A stretch of DNA of 64,000 nucleotides. Origin: Candidatus Saccharimonadales bacterium (GTDB lineage: Bacteria > Patescibacteriota > Saccharimonadia > Saccharimonadales > UBA4665). Made by a program: the position numbers and the translations under genes. Position 1 is the stretch's first letter. Every line of letters starts with the position of its first letter. The notes beneath the pieces were generated by a model. That model was not told the origin of the DNA and did no database searches. It saw nothing but the letters and a program-made list of their open reading frames with translations. The stretch lies in NCBI GenBank assembly GCA_035713075.1, contig DASTAD010000025.1, positions 10,568 to 74,567 on the forward strand, given 5' to 3'. Below, one piece after another: positions 20,569-30,608 of this stretch.

Positions 20569-21516
20569 TTATATTTGATTTTGACCTTCGAACAGGGCTG
20601 AGACAGAGTTGCCGGTAGCGACGGCGTTGATGGCGTTCGCTAGCACTGCTCCAATCGATATTACTTCTATCTTGTCAGTAATGTCGTTAACTTCAATCGG
20701 GACGGTGTCGGTCACGATAATTTTCTCAAACGCGGATTCTTCTATTCGCTTAAGTGCCGGTCCGGATAATATTCCGTGAGTCGCAATACCGATTATACTT
20801 CCAGCCCCCTTCTCTTTCAGAAGATCGGCGGCGGCGCAAAATGTCCCGGCCGTATCGATCATATCGTCGACTAGAATGCACGTACGTCCGGCGACATCCC
20901 CGATTAAATGTTTAGCTTCGACGGTATTCTTTTTAAAAGTCGAGCGCGATTTATGGATAATTGCCATATCCGCGCCAACGATACTGCTGTAACGTTCAGC
21001 CAGCTTAACCCTGCCGGCATCTGGTGAAACGATGACGCAATCCTTATCCATCACCGACGCGATGTACTTACTGAACAGCGGCATGGCGATTAAATGATCA
21101 AAAGGCCCGTTAAAAAAGCCTTGGGTTTGTCCGGAATGCAAGTCGACGCTCATTATTCTATCGGCTCCGGCAATTGCCAGCATATCGACTAGCAGACGGG
21201 CTCCAATCGGCTCGCGCCCTGCCGATTTTCTGTCCTGGCGGGCATACGACAGTAGCGGACAGACGGCAGTAATGCTCCTGGCTGAAGCTCTTTTGGCGGC
21301 GTCGATCATCAGTAATTGTTCGAAGACGGACTTATGAACATCCGGAAAATGAGTCTGAATAATAAAAACATCGTTTCCTCGTAAAGATTCATGGAACCTG
21401 ACGCTGATTTCGCCGTTCATAAAATCTTCAGTTTCGACTTTACTTAAACTAATACCCAGATGTTCGGCAATATCCTCGGCCAGTTGAATATGGGTCCGTC
21501 CGCTAATTAGTTTCAT
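20569..21516 (-). CDS. prs: ribose-phosphate pyrophosphokinase
   Basis: DLHSGQTQGFF and the PRPP-binding loop ILVDDMIDTAGT. The ORF track starts at 21597. I prefer the internal Met (MKLISG...) at 21516, as usual for Prs, but the start is uncertain. Confidence 0.85.
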   Translation of the reverse strand: MKLISGRTHIQLAEDIAEHLGISLSKVETEDFMNGEISVRFHESLRGNDVFIIQTHFPDVHKSVFEQLLMIDAAKRASARSITAVCPLLSYARQDRKSAGREPIGARLLVDMLAIAGADRIMSVDLHSGQTQGFFNGPFDHLIAMPLFSKYIASVMDKDCVIVSPDAGRVKLAERYSSIVGADMAIIHKSRSTFKKNTVEAKHLIGDVAGRTCILVDDMIDTAGTFCAAADLLKEKGAGSIIGIATHGILSGPALKRIEESAFEKIIVTDTVPIEVNDITDKIEVISIGAVLANAINAVATGNSVSALFEGQNQI

Positions 21517-21678
21517 CTTGCCGCCCGTATCTATCGCCTTCATATAGATTAAGTTTATCATTAATGAAACAAGCCAATGTCGTGTTCGAAAAAGCATTTG
21601 ATCCCTGATACCTCATGCACTAAGCGTGTTATACTTGAGCTCAAATTCTTATTAAAATATTTCCGTATGGGGGTAAAA

Positions 21679-22611
21679 ATGAACATCATCTCCGTCAATC
21701 AGTTCACCGTTGAAATGCTCGAGTCTATATTTAAACGGACAGACGAAATGATTGCCCTGTCGCGAGAATCAACAGGTCGCAAGCAATTAGCTTCACGGCA
21801 TATGGAAAAGCAAATGTGCAGCATATTCTACGAGCCTTCGACCCGTACGCGGACAAGCTTCGAGACGGCGGCATTAAAGCTAGGCATGGGCGTAGTCAGT
21901 ACCGAGAACGCCCGCGAATTTTCCTCGGCAGCGAAAGGCGAGACCTTGGAAGATACCTTTCGCGTCTTAAACGGCTACGATTTCGATGTGATAGTTATGA
22001 GGCACCACCAGACGGGAGCAGCTGCTAAAGCCGCGGCTGTATCGAAAACACCTCTAATCAATGCCGGCGACGGTAAAGGCGAACATCCGACGCAGGCACT
22101 GCTTGATGCCTTTACTATCCGGCAGCGCTTCGGTCGCCTAAGTAATTTAAATATCGTAATGGGAGGGGACTTAGCTAACGGCAGAACGGTCAGGTCTTTA
22201 AGTCAGCTGCTGTCTCAGTTCAAAGGAAATCGACTAAGCTTTGTTTCTCAGCCACAGTTTCAAATCGGCCAAGACATTAAGTCTAGGCTAAAGCAATCAA
22301 ATCTTGACTTTCAAGAAACGGACAATGTTCAATCTGCGCTTAAAAATGCGGACGTCGTCTATTGGACAAGATTACAAAAGGAGCGTCTGGATGATAAAAC
22401 CAAGAATGTTACCGGCGGTTTTATAATAAACGAGGACTCGTTAAACTACATGAAAAAGGATGCCATAATCATGCATCCCCTGCCCCGCGTCGACGAGATA
22501 GCGCCAGCAGTCGATGACGATCCTCGGGCTTACTATTTCAAGCAAGCTGGAAACGGGCTGTATGTCAGGATGGCGCTGATAGACCTGCTGCTTTCAGGTC
22601 AGCTCGCCTAA
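21679..22611 (+). CDS. pyrB: aspartate carbamoyltransferase catalytic chain
   Basis: STRTRTSFE carbamoyl-phosphate motif, HPTQALLD and HPLPR. The ATG at 21679 is preceded by GGGGGT. The ORF-track start at 21577 would overlap prs. Confidence 0.9.
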   Translation: MNIISVNQFTVEMLESIFKRTDEMIALSRESTGRKQLASRHMEKQMCSIFYEPSTRTRTSFETAALKLGMGVVSTENAREFSSAAKGETLEDTFRVLNGYDFDVIVMRHHQTGAAAKAAAVSKTPLINAGDGKGEHPTQALLDAFTIRQRFGRLSNLNIVMGGDLANGRTVRSLSQLLSQFKGNRLSFVSQPQFQIGQDIKSRLKQSNLDFQETDNVQSALKNADVVYWTRLQKERLDDKTKNVTGGFIINEDSLNYMKKDAIIMHPLPRVDEIAPAVDDDPRAYYFKQAGNGLYVRMALIDLLLSGQLA

Positions 22612-22774
22612 AAAACCATCCTCATAGCTGAATATCACCTTCCGAGTCCGTCAATTCTGAACTTGTCTATTAAGCATAAGACGTATATATTGTTAATTAA
22701 TATAAGAAGCGGAGCTTTCTAAATTGTCTAACCTCGAGCCGGAGGTTTCGCTTTTATAATTATCAGGGGGATGA

Positions 22775-24271
22775 ATGCCGTACGTCGAAGAAGACTTTGA
22801 ACTTGGTTTAAAGGAAAAGTGCGGTGTGTTTGGGATTATCGGCAAAAAAGAGACGCTAGAAACGGGCCTGGAAGCGGCCCGTTTAACTTTTTATGGTCTT
22901 TGGGCGCTACAGCATAGAGGACAAGAAAGTTCTGGTATCGTCAGCAGTGACGGCGAGAATTTATATAAGCACGCGGCTCAAGGGCTGGTCGCTACCGTTT
23001 ACCGCGAAGAAGATCTGGAGCAGCTACCGGGCCATTTGGCTATCGGCCATAACCGGTACGCAACTTCAGGCGGTAATCATGACAAGTTTAACCAGCCGTT
23101 CGTTGATCGCAAGCATAATATAGCTCTGGCTCATAACGGCAACTTGCCCGACGTCAGCCGGCTTGCTGAATTTCTTCAAACTAGAAAAGTCGACTTAGAA
23201 GAAGAGAACGACTCGGCGATGATGCTGAAAGCTATAAGTTGTTATATGGATGACGGGCTGTCGTTAGAAAAAGCCATCGTTAAAGCCTGGCCGCTGTTCA
23301 CCGGCGCTTACTCCGTTGTTGTCATAGATAATAAGAGATTAATCGCATACCGCGACGCCTGCGGCATTCGCCCGCTGTCGATTGGCCAGATGGAAAACGG
23401 CTACGTAGTAGCCAGCGAGACCTGCGCCTTCGATACGGTAGGAGCTAAATTCCTAAGAGACGTTGAGCCCGGCGAGATGGTCATTATTGACGGTCTTGAA
23501 ATCGAATCACTTCAGGTCGCAGCCGGTAAACTGAAACTGGATATTTTTGAGTTTGTCTACTTCGCCCGGCCCGACAGCCTTCTGGCAGGCCAGCGGGTAG
23601 ACCTCGTGCGCCAAGAATTTGGCCGGCAAATGGCGCGCGAGTTCCCGGTCGAAGCCGATGTTATCGTGCCTGTCCCCGATTCGGCGGTGCCGGCGGCTAT
23701 CGGCTACTCTCAGGCCAGCGGTATTCCTTTTGAAATGGCTTTGATAAAAAACCGCTATATCCATCGAACATTTATCCGGCCGACGGCTCAACTGCGGGAG
23801 CGCGACTTGAAAATGAAGTTAAACCCGGTAGTTGAGCTTATAAAAGACAAGAAAGTCGTGCTCGTCGACGATTCGATTGTCCGCGGGACGACGATGAAAC
23901 ACTTGGTAGCGATGCTGAAGGAAACAGGCGCCAGTGAAGTCCACTTGCTTATTACTTCCCCGCCCGTCAGGCATCCTGATTTTTACGGTATCAACACCCC
24001 TAAGCAAACCGAACTTCTAGCGGCTAACATGTCAGTGCCAGAAATGCGTGATTACGTCGGAGCGACTTCGCTCCACTTTTTGTCTTTCGACGGTATGGTA
24101 AAAGCCACCGGCATGCGTGAAAGTGACTTTAACACCTCCTGTTTTAGCGGCCACTACCCTATCGCTATCGGCGCTCGGATGGAAGAGATTAAAATCTTAT
24201 TGCCAGGAGAAAAGTTAAACATGGTTTTAGCGGACGAAAAGACGCTAGTTTCTAATAATCTAGCGGCATAA
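22775..24271 (+). CDS. purF: amidophosphoribosyltransferase
   Basis: Ntn nucleophile context KCGVFGI after a short propeptide. PRTase loop VVLVDDSIVRGTT. Confidence 0.92.
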   Translation: MPYVEEDFELGLKEKCGVFGIIGKKETLETGLEAARLTFYGLWALQHRGQESSGIVSSDGENLYKHAAQGLVATVYREEDLEQLPGHLAIGHNRYATSGGNHDKFNQPFVDRKHNIALAHNGNLPDVSRLAEFLQTRKVDLEEENDSAMMLKAISCYMDDGLSLEKAIVKAWPLFTGAYSVVVIDNKRLIAYRDACGIRPLSIGQMENGYVVASETCAFDTVGAKFLRDVEPGEMVIIDGLEIESLQVAAGKLKLDIFEFVYFARPDSLLAGQRVDLVRQEFGRQMAREFPVEADVIVPVPDSAVPAAIGYSQASGIPFEMALIKNRYIHRTFIRPTAQLRERDLKMKLNPVVELIKDKKVVLVDDSIVRGTTMKHLVAMLKETGASEVHLLITSPPVRHPDFYGINTPKQTELLAANMSVPEMRDYVGATSLHFLSFDGMVKATGMRESDFNTSCFSGHYPIAIGARMEEIKILLPGEKLNMVLADEKTLVSNNLAA

Positions 24272-24425
24272 TTAACTCTACTAAAGGCGCCCTAGAAGTT
24301 ATTGTCTCAAGCTAGTTAGACTTAAGTATAGATAGCTGCGGACGTCTTGGCGCTTGGACGACGGTATTTCGGGGATGTTGCCCGCCAACCATATAATAGA
24401 AGTAAGACTTAAACGAGGAGGAAAA

Positions 24426-25157
24426 ATGGGAGAGACAGTAAAGTTAGCGGCAGAAGAAGAATTCGAAGCTTATTTAGCGCGCCCGGAAGGAACGCCTAAG
24501 GGAGCTATAATAGTCATCCATGAAGTCTGGGGGTTGAACGACCACACCAAAGATATAGCTGAGCGGCTGACAAAACAAGGATACCTGGCGCTGGCGCCAG
24601 ACCTATTAAGTTCCTCACTGGATATTAAGGGTATTCGTCAGCTGCAAGAAGATTTATTTGACGCCGAAAAAAGAAATTCAGCCCAGCCTAAGCTGCGGGA
24701 ACTAATGGCTCCTATACAAAGTCCGGCTTTTGCCGCTAAGACACTTACCAGCCTAAAAGAATGTTTCGATTATTTATACGCCATGCCCGACTGCCACGAG
24801 ACAGTTTTTGTCATGGGTTATTGCTTCGGCGGTACATATAGCTTTAGTCTGGCGATTGAGGAACCGCTGCTAAAAGGCGCGGTAGCTTACTATGGCCTTG
24901 CCGACCAGGAAGTGGCGCAACTAGCTGATATAAAATGTCCCGTACAAGCCTTTTATGGCGAAAAAGATGAGAGACTCATCAGCGGGCTAGACGATCTCAA
25001 GCGGCGAATGTCCGAAGCTAAAGTGGATTTTTCGGTTAAGGTTTATCCCGACTGTGGCCACGCTTTCTTTAATGACACTAACGAATTTGCCTACAATCGA
25101 CAAGCGGCTGAAGATTCTTGGCGGATAACCCTTGAGTTTCTCGCCGCCAATTCCTAG
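24426..25157 (+). CDS. dienelactone hydrolase family protein
   Basis: IVIHEVWGLN, nucleophile elbow GYCFGG and C-terminal CGHAF. The ATG at 24426 follows a GAGGAGG Shine-Dalgarno. Confidence 0.8.
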   Translation: MGETVKLAAEEEFEAYLARPEGTPKGAIIVIHEVWGLNDHTKDIAERLTKQGYLALAPDLLSSSLDIKGIRQLQEDLFDAEKRNSAQPKLRELMAPIQSPAFAAKTLTSLKECFDYLYAMPDCHETVFVMGYCFGGTYSFSLAIEEPLLKGAVAYYGLADQEVAQLADIKCPVQAFYGEKDERLISGLDDLKRRMSEAKVDFSVKVYPDCGHAFFNDTNEFAYNRQAAEDSWRITLEFLAANS

Positions 25158-25281
25158 CCCTCGCTGAATATCTATAAGGTTTAAGCTTCCTGGGGATAGT
25201 CTTTCGTTTCCAGATAAGTTGTTTGACAATAAATAAAGACTAGGAGATGATGAGGATATCACTTAATGGAGGTGCGATATC

Positions 25282-25824
25282 ATGAGTTCGGCAAGTGTCA
25301 CAAGAGACAATTGGTGGGCATTGGTACTGGGTGGAGTAGTTACTTTAATATTCGGCGTAGCGGCTGTATTTTGGCCTGGTTTGACAATGACGACCCTGCT
25401 TTACCTCTTCAGCGCTTACGTGCTGATAAGCGGGGTTTTGGACGTAACCGCCGGCCTTAGTAATGTCGGCGTCGCAGACACCTGGTTTCTTCCAATCGTA
25501 CTGGGCGCCTTTGAAATCGGCGTGGGCGTATATCTGCTTCGGCATCCCGGCGTAAAATTCGAGACTTTCATACTGCTAATCGGCTTTACGCTCATAGCCA
25601 GAGGCGTCATCGAGGCAGCCAGCTCTTACTTTGCTCCTATTGTGGCAGCAAAGGCTAGGGCTCTTAATTACCTCAGCGGTTTAGGCGCTCTGGTTGCTGG
25701 AATAGTTATTCTATTCGCGAAACATTCCGGCGGAGTCAGCTTTGTCTGGATCCTTGGTCTTTACGCAATTGTGGTCGGTACGCTGCAGCTTTCGGCTGTC
25801 AGTGAACGTATCGCGGTTCGTTAA
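25282..25824 (+). CDS. HdeD/DUF308-family membrane protein
   Basis: 180 aa with six hydrophobic segments in the repeated DUF308 pattern. Confidence 0.55.
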   Translation: MSSASVTRDNWWALVLGGVVTLIFGVAAVFWPGLTMTTLLYLFSAYVLISGVLDVTAGLSNVGVADTWFLPIVLGAFEIGVGVYLLRHPGVKFETFILLIGFTLIARGVIEAASSYFAPIVAAKARALNYLSGLGALVAGIVILFAKHSGGVSFVWILGLYAIVVGTLQLSAVSERIAVR

Positions 25825-25847
25825 GCATCCAAGTATTGTAAGCTTAT

Positions 25848-25875
25848 AAAGCTCCTGGGTTTTCAGGAGCTTTTT
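25848..25875. terminator. bidirectional rho-independent terminator hairpin between convergent genes
   Basis: AAAGCTCCTG-GGTTTT-CAGGAGCTTT is a 10-bp perfect stem followed by a T-run. It sits between the stops at 25824 (+) and 25886 (-). Confidence 0.75.
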
Positions 25876-25885
25876 ATGTAACTAA

Positions 25886-27001
25886 TCAGTAACGCAATTT
25901 AGCCAGCACCGGCTCGCTGTTTGGCATTTCGCTGGGCATAAAATTAAAGACCATACCGCGCATTTTCCAGACATTATACGCCAGTTGGCTTAAAACACTG
26001 TTAAGACGTGGTTCAAAGAACGTGATTCTCGGCAATGGCAGTAAACTGTCCTGGACATTATCGGTTGTTTCGAGGCTCATTTTCGTAAATAATTTGTCTA
26101 TCCGCCCGAGCTTAGAGGCTTCGAGAATTTCCTCCTCGGTACTAGCGGTTCTTTCTGGAGCCGACTTTTCTAATTGGAGGTACTCTTCCGCCGCGGATTT
26201 ATGTTCAGGCAAAACGATCTCATTGTGGACGATGATGCTTACCTTTTCAAAGAGATCTCTAAGATGACTTTTATCGTAGCCGTTAGTTACGCTATTCTTT
26301 AGAATATTAGGATATTTTGAGAGTTCCCGAAATTCAGCCACTTCTTTTTCGGTTCCGGCTAAAATAAGCGGCAGCTTCTTATCGGCTTTATCGATAAGTA
26401 TTTTATCTATTATTTTAAAAAACCTCGACGGATAACCTGTAGTTCTGGCGTAGGGGCTGTTTTCATGCGACGTATGAGCAAATGAGCTGGCATTTTCCTG
26501 CTGCATTACGGCATCTTTGTAGCTGGCTGGTAGAAAAATGCCCGTTTCCCTTAAGCCGTACAAGTCTCCTAGCAACAGCTTTGGATTATGTTCCGCTAGT
26601 TCTAAAACGTAAAACTGATGGGAGTCGCTTATTACACCTAATAGCGGCGCCAGATGGAATCCCTTATCGATAGACATATATTCTTCGGTATTAATGGGCA
26701 GGTGATACATATTAATATCTTCGTTTGCGCCGCAGACTAATAGGCCAGGCGTTTGTTCCTTCCAAAAATTTAAGTCGTCATGGTGTTCGTTAATGACGGC
26801 CTCAAGGTGATCCGCCAAATTGTAGTTTCGCCTCGCCTTAAGCTCCTCGATTGCCTTATGGGCGATATTCTTGAACCTTATTTGGTTTTCGCTGATGTGC
26901 GGCGGCGAAGCCGAGGTGTGCATCGGAATATACATAGTTACGGCCAAATCTGTCTGGGTCGTTAACAGCCTGCGTAAGTTAGCCATATTTAATTTTTCCA
27001 T
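25886..27001 (-). CDS. eRF1-like baeRF-family protein (bacterial archaeo-eukaryotic release-factor-like)
   Basis: The N-terminal VTMYIPMHTSASPPHISENQIRFKNIAHKAIEEL resembles the conserved opening (SIYMPTH...QNPIRFKNLL) that I recall for baeRF families. Assignment is from memory only. Confidence 0.45.
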   Translation of the reverse strand: MEKLNMANLRRLLTTQTDLAVTMYIPMHTSASPPHISENQIRFKNIAHKAIEELKARRNYNLADHLEAVINEHHDDLNFWKEQTPGLLVCGANEDINMYHLPINTEEYMSIDKGFHLAPLLGVISDSHQFYVLELAEHNPKLLLGDLYGLRETGIFLPASYKDAVMQQENASSFAHTSHENSPYARTTGYPSRFFKIIDKILIDKADKKLPLILAGTEKEVAEFRELSKYPNILKNSVTNGYDKSHLRDLFEKVSIIVHNEIVLPEHKSAAEEYLQLEKSAPERTASTEEEILEASKLGRIDKLFTKMSLETTDNVQDSLLPLPRITFFEPRLNSVLSQLAYNVWKMRGMVFNFMPSEMPNSEPVLAKLRY

Positions 27002-27118
27002 ATTTTCCTCCTTTAAGAAGTACTACACGGCTTTAATAGCCATGTATCTATCGATTCTGACTTGTCAGGAGGTGTCGCTGAAAGCTGAAATTTTACACGG
27101 TCTGGAGTAAAAGTGTTT

Positions 27119-27544
27119 TCATGCCGATGCCGCCAGCTCGCGGCGCAGCAGTTTAAGCAAGTGGTCAGGCTCGAGCTGGGATTTGAGCATAAACTTATGC
27201 GCGCCAAGTTTTAAGGCTTCTTCGATTTCGCTGCCAATAGACATGTTGCTTAAAAGAATTACCCGCGGCCTCTTAGCCATTTTAATTTTTGAAAAGACTC
27301 TCAGGAATCCAATCCCGTCCAATATCGGCATCATTATATCTAGCAGTATCAGATCATAATTTGAACTCTTGCACCGTTCGACTCCTTCGCGCCCATTGCA
27401 GGCGATATCGACATGGAAGCCATGTCGTTCGAGAATGATGATGTATGAATCGCTAAGAATTTTTTCGTCTTCGACTATCAGAATGTTGTAGCCTTTTCCA
27501 TGGCTAGTGCTGTCCTTAGATTTTTTCCCGCTAGTCGTCTGCAT
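27119..27544 (-). CDS. stand-alone response-regulator receiver domain
   Basis: ILIVEDE, phospho-acceptor context LILLDIMMP, conserved Lys in FMLKS, and no output domain. The ATG at 27544 follows a GGAG SD. Confidence 0.8.
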   Translation of the reverse strand: MQTTSGKKSKDSTSHGKGYNILIVEDEKILSDSYIIILERHGFHVDIACNGREGVERCKSSNYDLILLDIMMPILDGIGFLRVFSKIKMAKRPRVILLSNMSIGSEIEEALKLGAHKFMLKSQLEPDHLLKLLRRELAASA

Positions 27545-27702
27545 TTTTTCTCCGCCGTGCGTCCAGGTGATGGGCGCAATGCCTATCATTTGTCTTGACG
27601 CAGCTTATTTTATCTAAGCATCATACATAAAAGCATAAATGTAATAAAGTAAGTTATTTAACACTTTTTGACACTCATATACCCTTTACGAACAAATCTA
27701 GT

Positions 27703-28467
27703 ATGCTTATATGGATGAAGAATGTCCGCCTGCATCTTATCATTCCGTTGTTTGCTTTTTTGCTGCTGATTGATATAGGCGTTAATTCCAATGACCATTA
27801 CTCCGCCTACCGCGTCGACGTTTCCTGGCCGAACTGCGCCAAACGCCTAGTTAATTTTAATTCAGGAATAATAGGCGTTACCGGAGGACTCGACTTTCAT
27901 CCTAACAAATGCCTGGCCCAAGAAACCGGCAGCCTGCTGAGCTATCAGCTTTATGAAAATACCGGTTATCCCGGACCTCATATCAAGCAGTTTTACCAAC
28001 GAACGCCGATCCATTGCCGACCGGGAAACTTAAACTGCGAAGCTTATAATTACGGATATAATTCTTCTTTATACGCTATCCGACAGGCTTCTCTTAGTAA
28101 TGCACATTCAACAGTTTGGTGGCTCGATGTCGAGACAGAAAACAGTTGGTCGGCATATCCGAGCGTAAATGTTGATGACCTAAAGGGCGCGGCCCAAGCG
28201 ATTGAAGACAATATTTTTCTGGCGAAAGTCGGTTTTTATTCCTACCCCGATCAGTGGAAGGCTATTACTGGAAGTTGGAAAAACGCCTATCCCGCTTGGG
28301 TTGCTACGGGCACCTCTAATATCGGGTCGGCTTTTAAAGCCTGTACCCTACCCGCATTCAACGACGGCCGAGTAGTGCTCAGTCAGTTCACGATGGGGCT
28401 GGATATAAATATATCGTGCCTACAGCCTCAAACCTCATTAAAGATATATCAAAACCAGCTGGATTAA
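27703..28467 (+). CDS. secreted hypothetical protein (possible DUF1906/GH25-like fold)
   Basis: N-terminal signal-like segment LHLIIPLFAFLLLIDIGV. VDVSWPNC and WWLDVE motifs are reminiscent of GH25/DUF1906 barrels. Weak. Confidence 0.3.
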   Translation: MLIWMKNVRLHLIIPLFAFLLLIDIGVNSNDHYSAYRVDVSWPNCAKRLVNFNSGIIGVTGGLDFHPNKCLAQETGSLLSYQLYENTGYPGPHIKQFYQRTPIHCRPGNLNCEAYNYGYNSSLYAIRQASLSNAHSTVWWLDVETENSWSAYPSVNVDDLKGAAQAIEDNIFLAKVGFYSYPDQWKAITGSWKNAYPAWVATGTSNIGSAFKACTLPAFNDGRVVLSQFTMGLDINISCLQPQTSLKIYQNQLD

Positions 28468-28484
28468 ATTATAATAACTTCGAT

Positions 28485-29183
28485 ATGGAAACAGTAAATA
28501 AACAAAACCTCGCCGATAACAGAGACCATCAAGACGACGACTATCCAAGGAGCTATATCTTTGGACTAATCGTCGGCATAATATTATTCCTGCCCGCCTT
28601 ATATATCGCCTCCAAGCACAATCTCAGCGGGCTGCAGTTATCGATCTTCCGGGACCTCAATAATTTGTCGGACACTTTTAAATATCCGGCTCTGATACTG
28701 ACTGAGGGGTTAGGGGCGGCCTACCCGATTATTATCTGCGTCTTAGTGCCGCTCTTAATTAAGCGTTACCGTTTAGCGTGGCGATTTTTTGCAACTGCCG
28801 GAGGGGCCGGAGTTGTTATGGAGATCGCAAAGAAAATAGCCAAGGAACCCAGACCGGCCGCACTGCTTCACGGAAATCTGCATGTCAGGGCAGTTGAGAC
28901 AGGACTAAACAGCTTCCCTTCCGGCCATGAAACTATAGCGACTGCCTTAGCCCTGACCTTATGGATAATACTTCCGCGGAAGTGGCGCTGGCTGTCAATC
29001 CTGTGGATTATAATTGTCGGTCTGTCGAGGATTTATGTTGGTGATCATACGCCCGATGACATAATTGGCGGGTTTGCCGTCGGCCTTATAAGCGTCTGTG
29101 TCGTCAGATTATTGCCACCAAAAATAGCCAGGGTTTTCAGATTGGACGACGATAAGTCTTCCCTGCTTGATAAAGGTTTTTAA
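28485..29183 (+). CDS. PAP2-family phosphatase
   Basis: The three PAP2 motifs are KEPRP, PSGH and SRIYVGDHTPDD. Multi-TM. The ATG at 28485 avoids overlap with the upstream gene. Confidence 0.8.
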   Translation: METVNKQNLADNRDHQDDDYPRSYIFGLIVGIILFLPALYIASKHNLSGLQLSIFRDLNNLSDTFKYPALILTEGLGAAYPIIICVLVPLLIKRYRLAWRFFATAGGAGVVMEIAKKIAKEPRPAALLHGNLHVRAVETGLNSFPSGHETIATALALTLWIILPRKWRWLSILWIIIVGLSRIYVGDHTPDDIIGGFAVGLISVCVVRLLPPKIARVFRLDDDKSSLLDKGF

Positions 29184-29345
29184 GTATTTTACATCTTATA
29201 AGTCGTTGCGGCAGTGTAAATAAATAGATTGCCCTTTGCTCAAATAGGGGTATATGTTGGCCTTGTAGATTAAGAGTAAGCTATGGAAAAAGGTATAAAC
29301 TGGTCATTGAAATAATATGGGCTAAAAACAGGAGGGTGATAAGGA

Positions 29346-29714
29346 ATGGAAAGATTATCGCAGTCACGGATAGCTAGTTCGCTGTTAATTCTCTTGGGGG
29401 CCTGGCTGGTTTTATCGCCGGCAGCCTTATCTTATAGCGGCGCGGCGCTTGTAAGCATATTAGGAGTCGGAGCTTTAGTAGGATTATCCGGCCTCTTACA
29501 AATGTTCTGGGAAAGTAGCTTGCCGAGCTGGACAGCTAGCGTACTGGCAATTTATCTTTTTATTGCGGCTTTCATTTACAGGCTCGGTAATCTTGAGTCC
29601 TGGAATATGGCGGCTGCTGGTGTGGTTATTTTCTTAATAGCCACATGGGACGGAGTAGAAATAGGAGAATTTCACCGCCAGCATAATTTAGGGCCTAAAA
29701 TATCAGCTCGTTAG
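29346..29714 (+). CDS. small 4-TM membrane protein (SPW-repeat-like)
   Basis: 122 aa, four hydrophobic segments, strong SD (GGAGGGTGA) upstream. Confidence 0.35.
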   Translation: MERLSQSRIASSLLILLGAWLVLSPAALSYSGAALVSILGVGALVGLSGLLQMFWESSLPSWTASVLAIYLFIAAFIYRLGNLESWNMAAAGVVIFLIATWDGVEIGEFHRQHNLGPKISAR

Positions 29715-30107
29715 CTCGAGAAGCTGCTTATATGTTAGTAATGACTGTATGTTTGTAACCTCGCGCATTCGTCTGTCGTTAGAGTACCACAGTTCAAAGA
29801 TTAGAGTACCGAATGGCGGGACGCTGCAGGCAGCGGCAACGACCTGTCGCCTGAAAGAAAAATTTAAGCTGGGACTTAGCATAATAACCGCCGTCACATA
29901 AAACAGAAAAAGTACTCCGTGGACATGACCGGCTAACTGCACTGCTATGTCATTGCCAGGGGTAATATATTTAGAAATTATTATACCCGTTATTAACAGC
30001 GTCCATCCGATAGCCTCGGCTATGGCTGCGATATTGAACAGCATAAAAGCCTCTTCCCTCGTGAAAGGGCGAAAGTATTTATATTGAGTAAAAATCCTTT
30101 CTATCAT
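29703..30107 (-). CDS. DUF3817-family membrane protein
   Basis: FRPFTREEAFML...ISKYI...GHVHGVLFLFY matches the DUF3817 pattern. Confidence 0.55.
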   Translation of the reverse strand: MIERIFTQYKYFRPFTREEAFMLFNIAAIAEAIGWTLLITGIIISKYITPGNDIAVQLAGHVHGVLFLFYVTAVIMLSPSLNFSFRRQVVAAACSVPPFGTLIFELWYSNDRRMREVTNIQSLLTYKQLLELTS

Positions 30108-30532
30108 CCGTTTGCAGGGGGTGAACTTAAGTAGCCGGCGGCGATCAGGATAATAAACAGAAAAATAAACAATCCCACGGGATTTAATACTATCTTGCCA
30201 AGGATTTGTTGACCGATATCCGCCATGCCGGAAGTTGATGACTCATTAGTTGATTGAGCCTTGGGAGAAGTTTGAGAAGCCTTGTAGCGAGAGTCCGGGC
30301 TAGAAGGTGTTTTACGGCTCCTTTGGCTAACTTTTCTGAGGCTGCTATTATATTCAAAACGTTTCTGAGGGTCCGATAACACGGAATAGGCCTTATTTAT
30401 TACCACCATTTTCCCGGCGTCGCCGTTTCTGTCGGGGTGGTACTTCTTAGCCAGCTCTTTATAGCGAGCTTTTATGTCGCTGCTGGAAGCCGTAGCTTCA
30501 AGCCCAAGAATCTTATAATGGTTAGCTGGCAT
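30104..30532 (-). CDS. J-domain protein with C-terminal TM anchor
   Basis: HYKILGLEATASSSDIKARYKELAKKYHPDRN carries the HPD motif. There is a C-terminal hydrophobic helix. Confidence 0.8.
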   Translation of the reverse strand: MPANHYKILGLEATASSSDIKARYKELAKKYHPDRNGDAGKMVVINKAYSVLSDPQKRFEYNSSLRKVSQRSRKTPSSPDSRYKASQTSPKAQSTNESSTSGMADIGQQILGKIVLNPVGLFIFLFIILIAAGYLSSPPANG

Positions 30533-30608
30533 CTTTTGCTGTTATTAACTTGTGTATTACTTGAGCTATTTTATCTTAGTTTGGAAGATATTGTTAATAT
30601 TAGGATTT

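Noticed and set aside
22612-22774. Possible riboswitch or leader upstream of purF (a stem can be drawn between AAGCG at about 22708 and CGCTT at about 22755).
   Set aside because: I cannot match it to purine, ZTP or PRPP riboswitch consensus cores by eye. A covariance-model (Rfam) scan would be needed.
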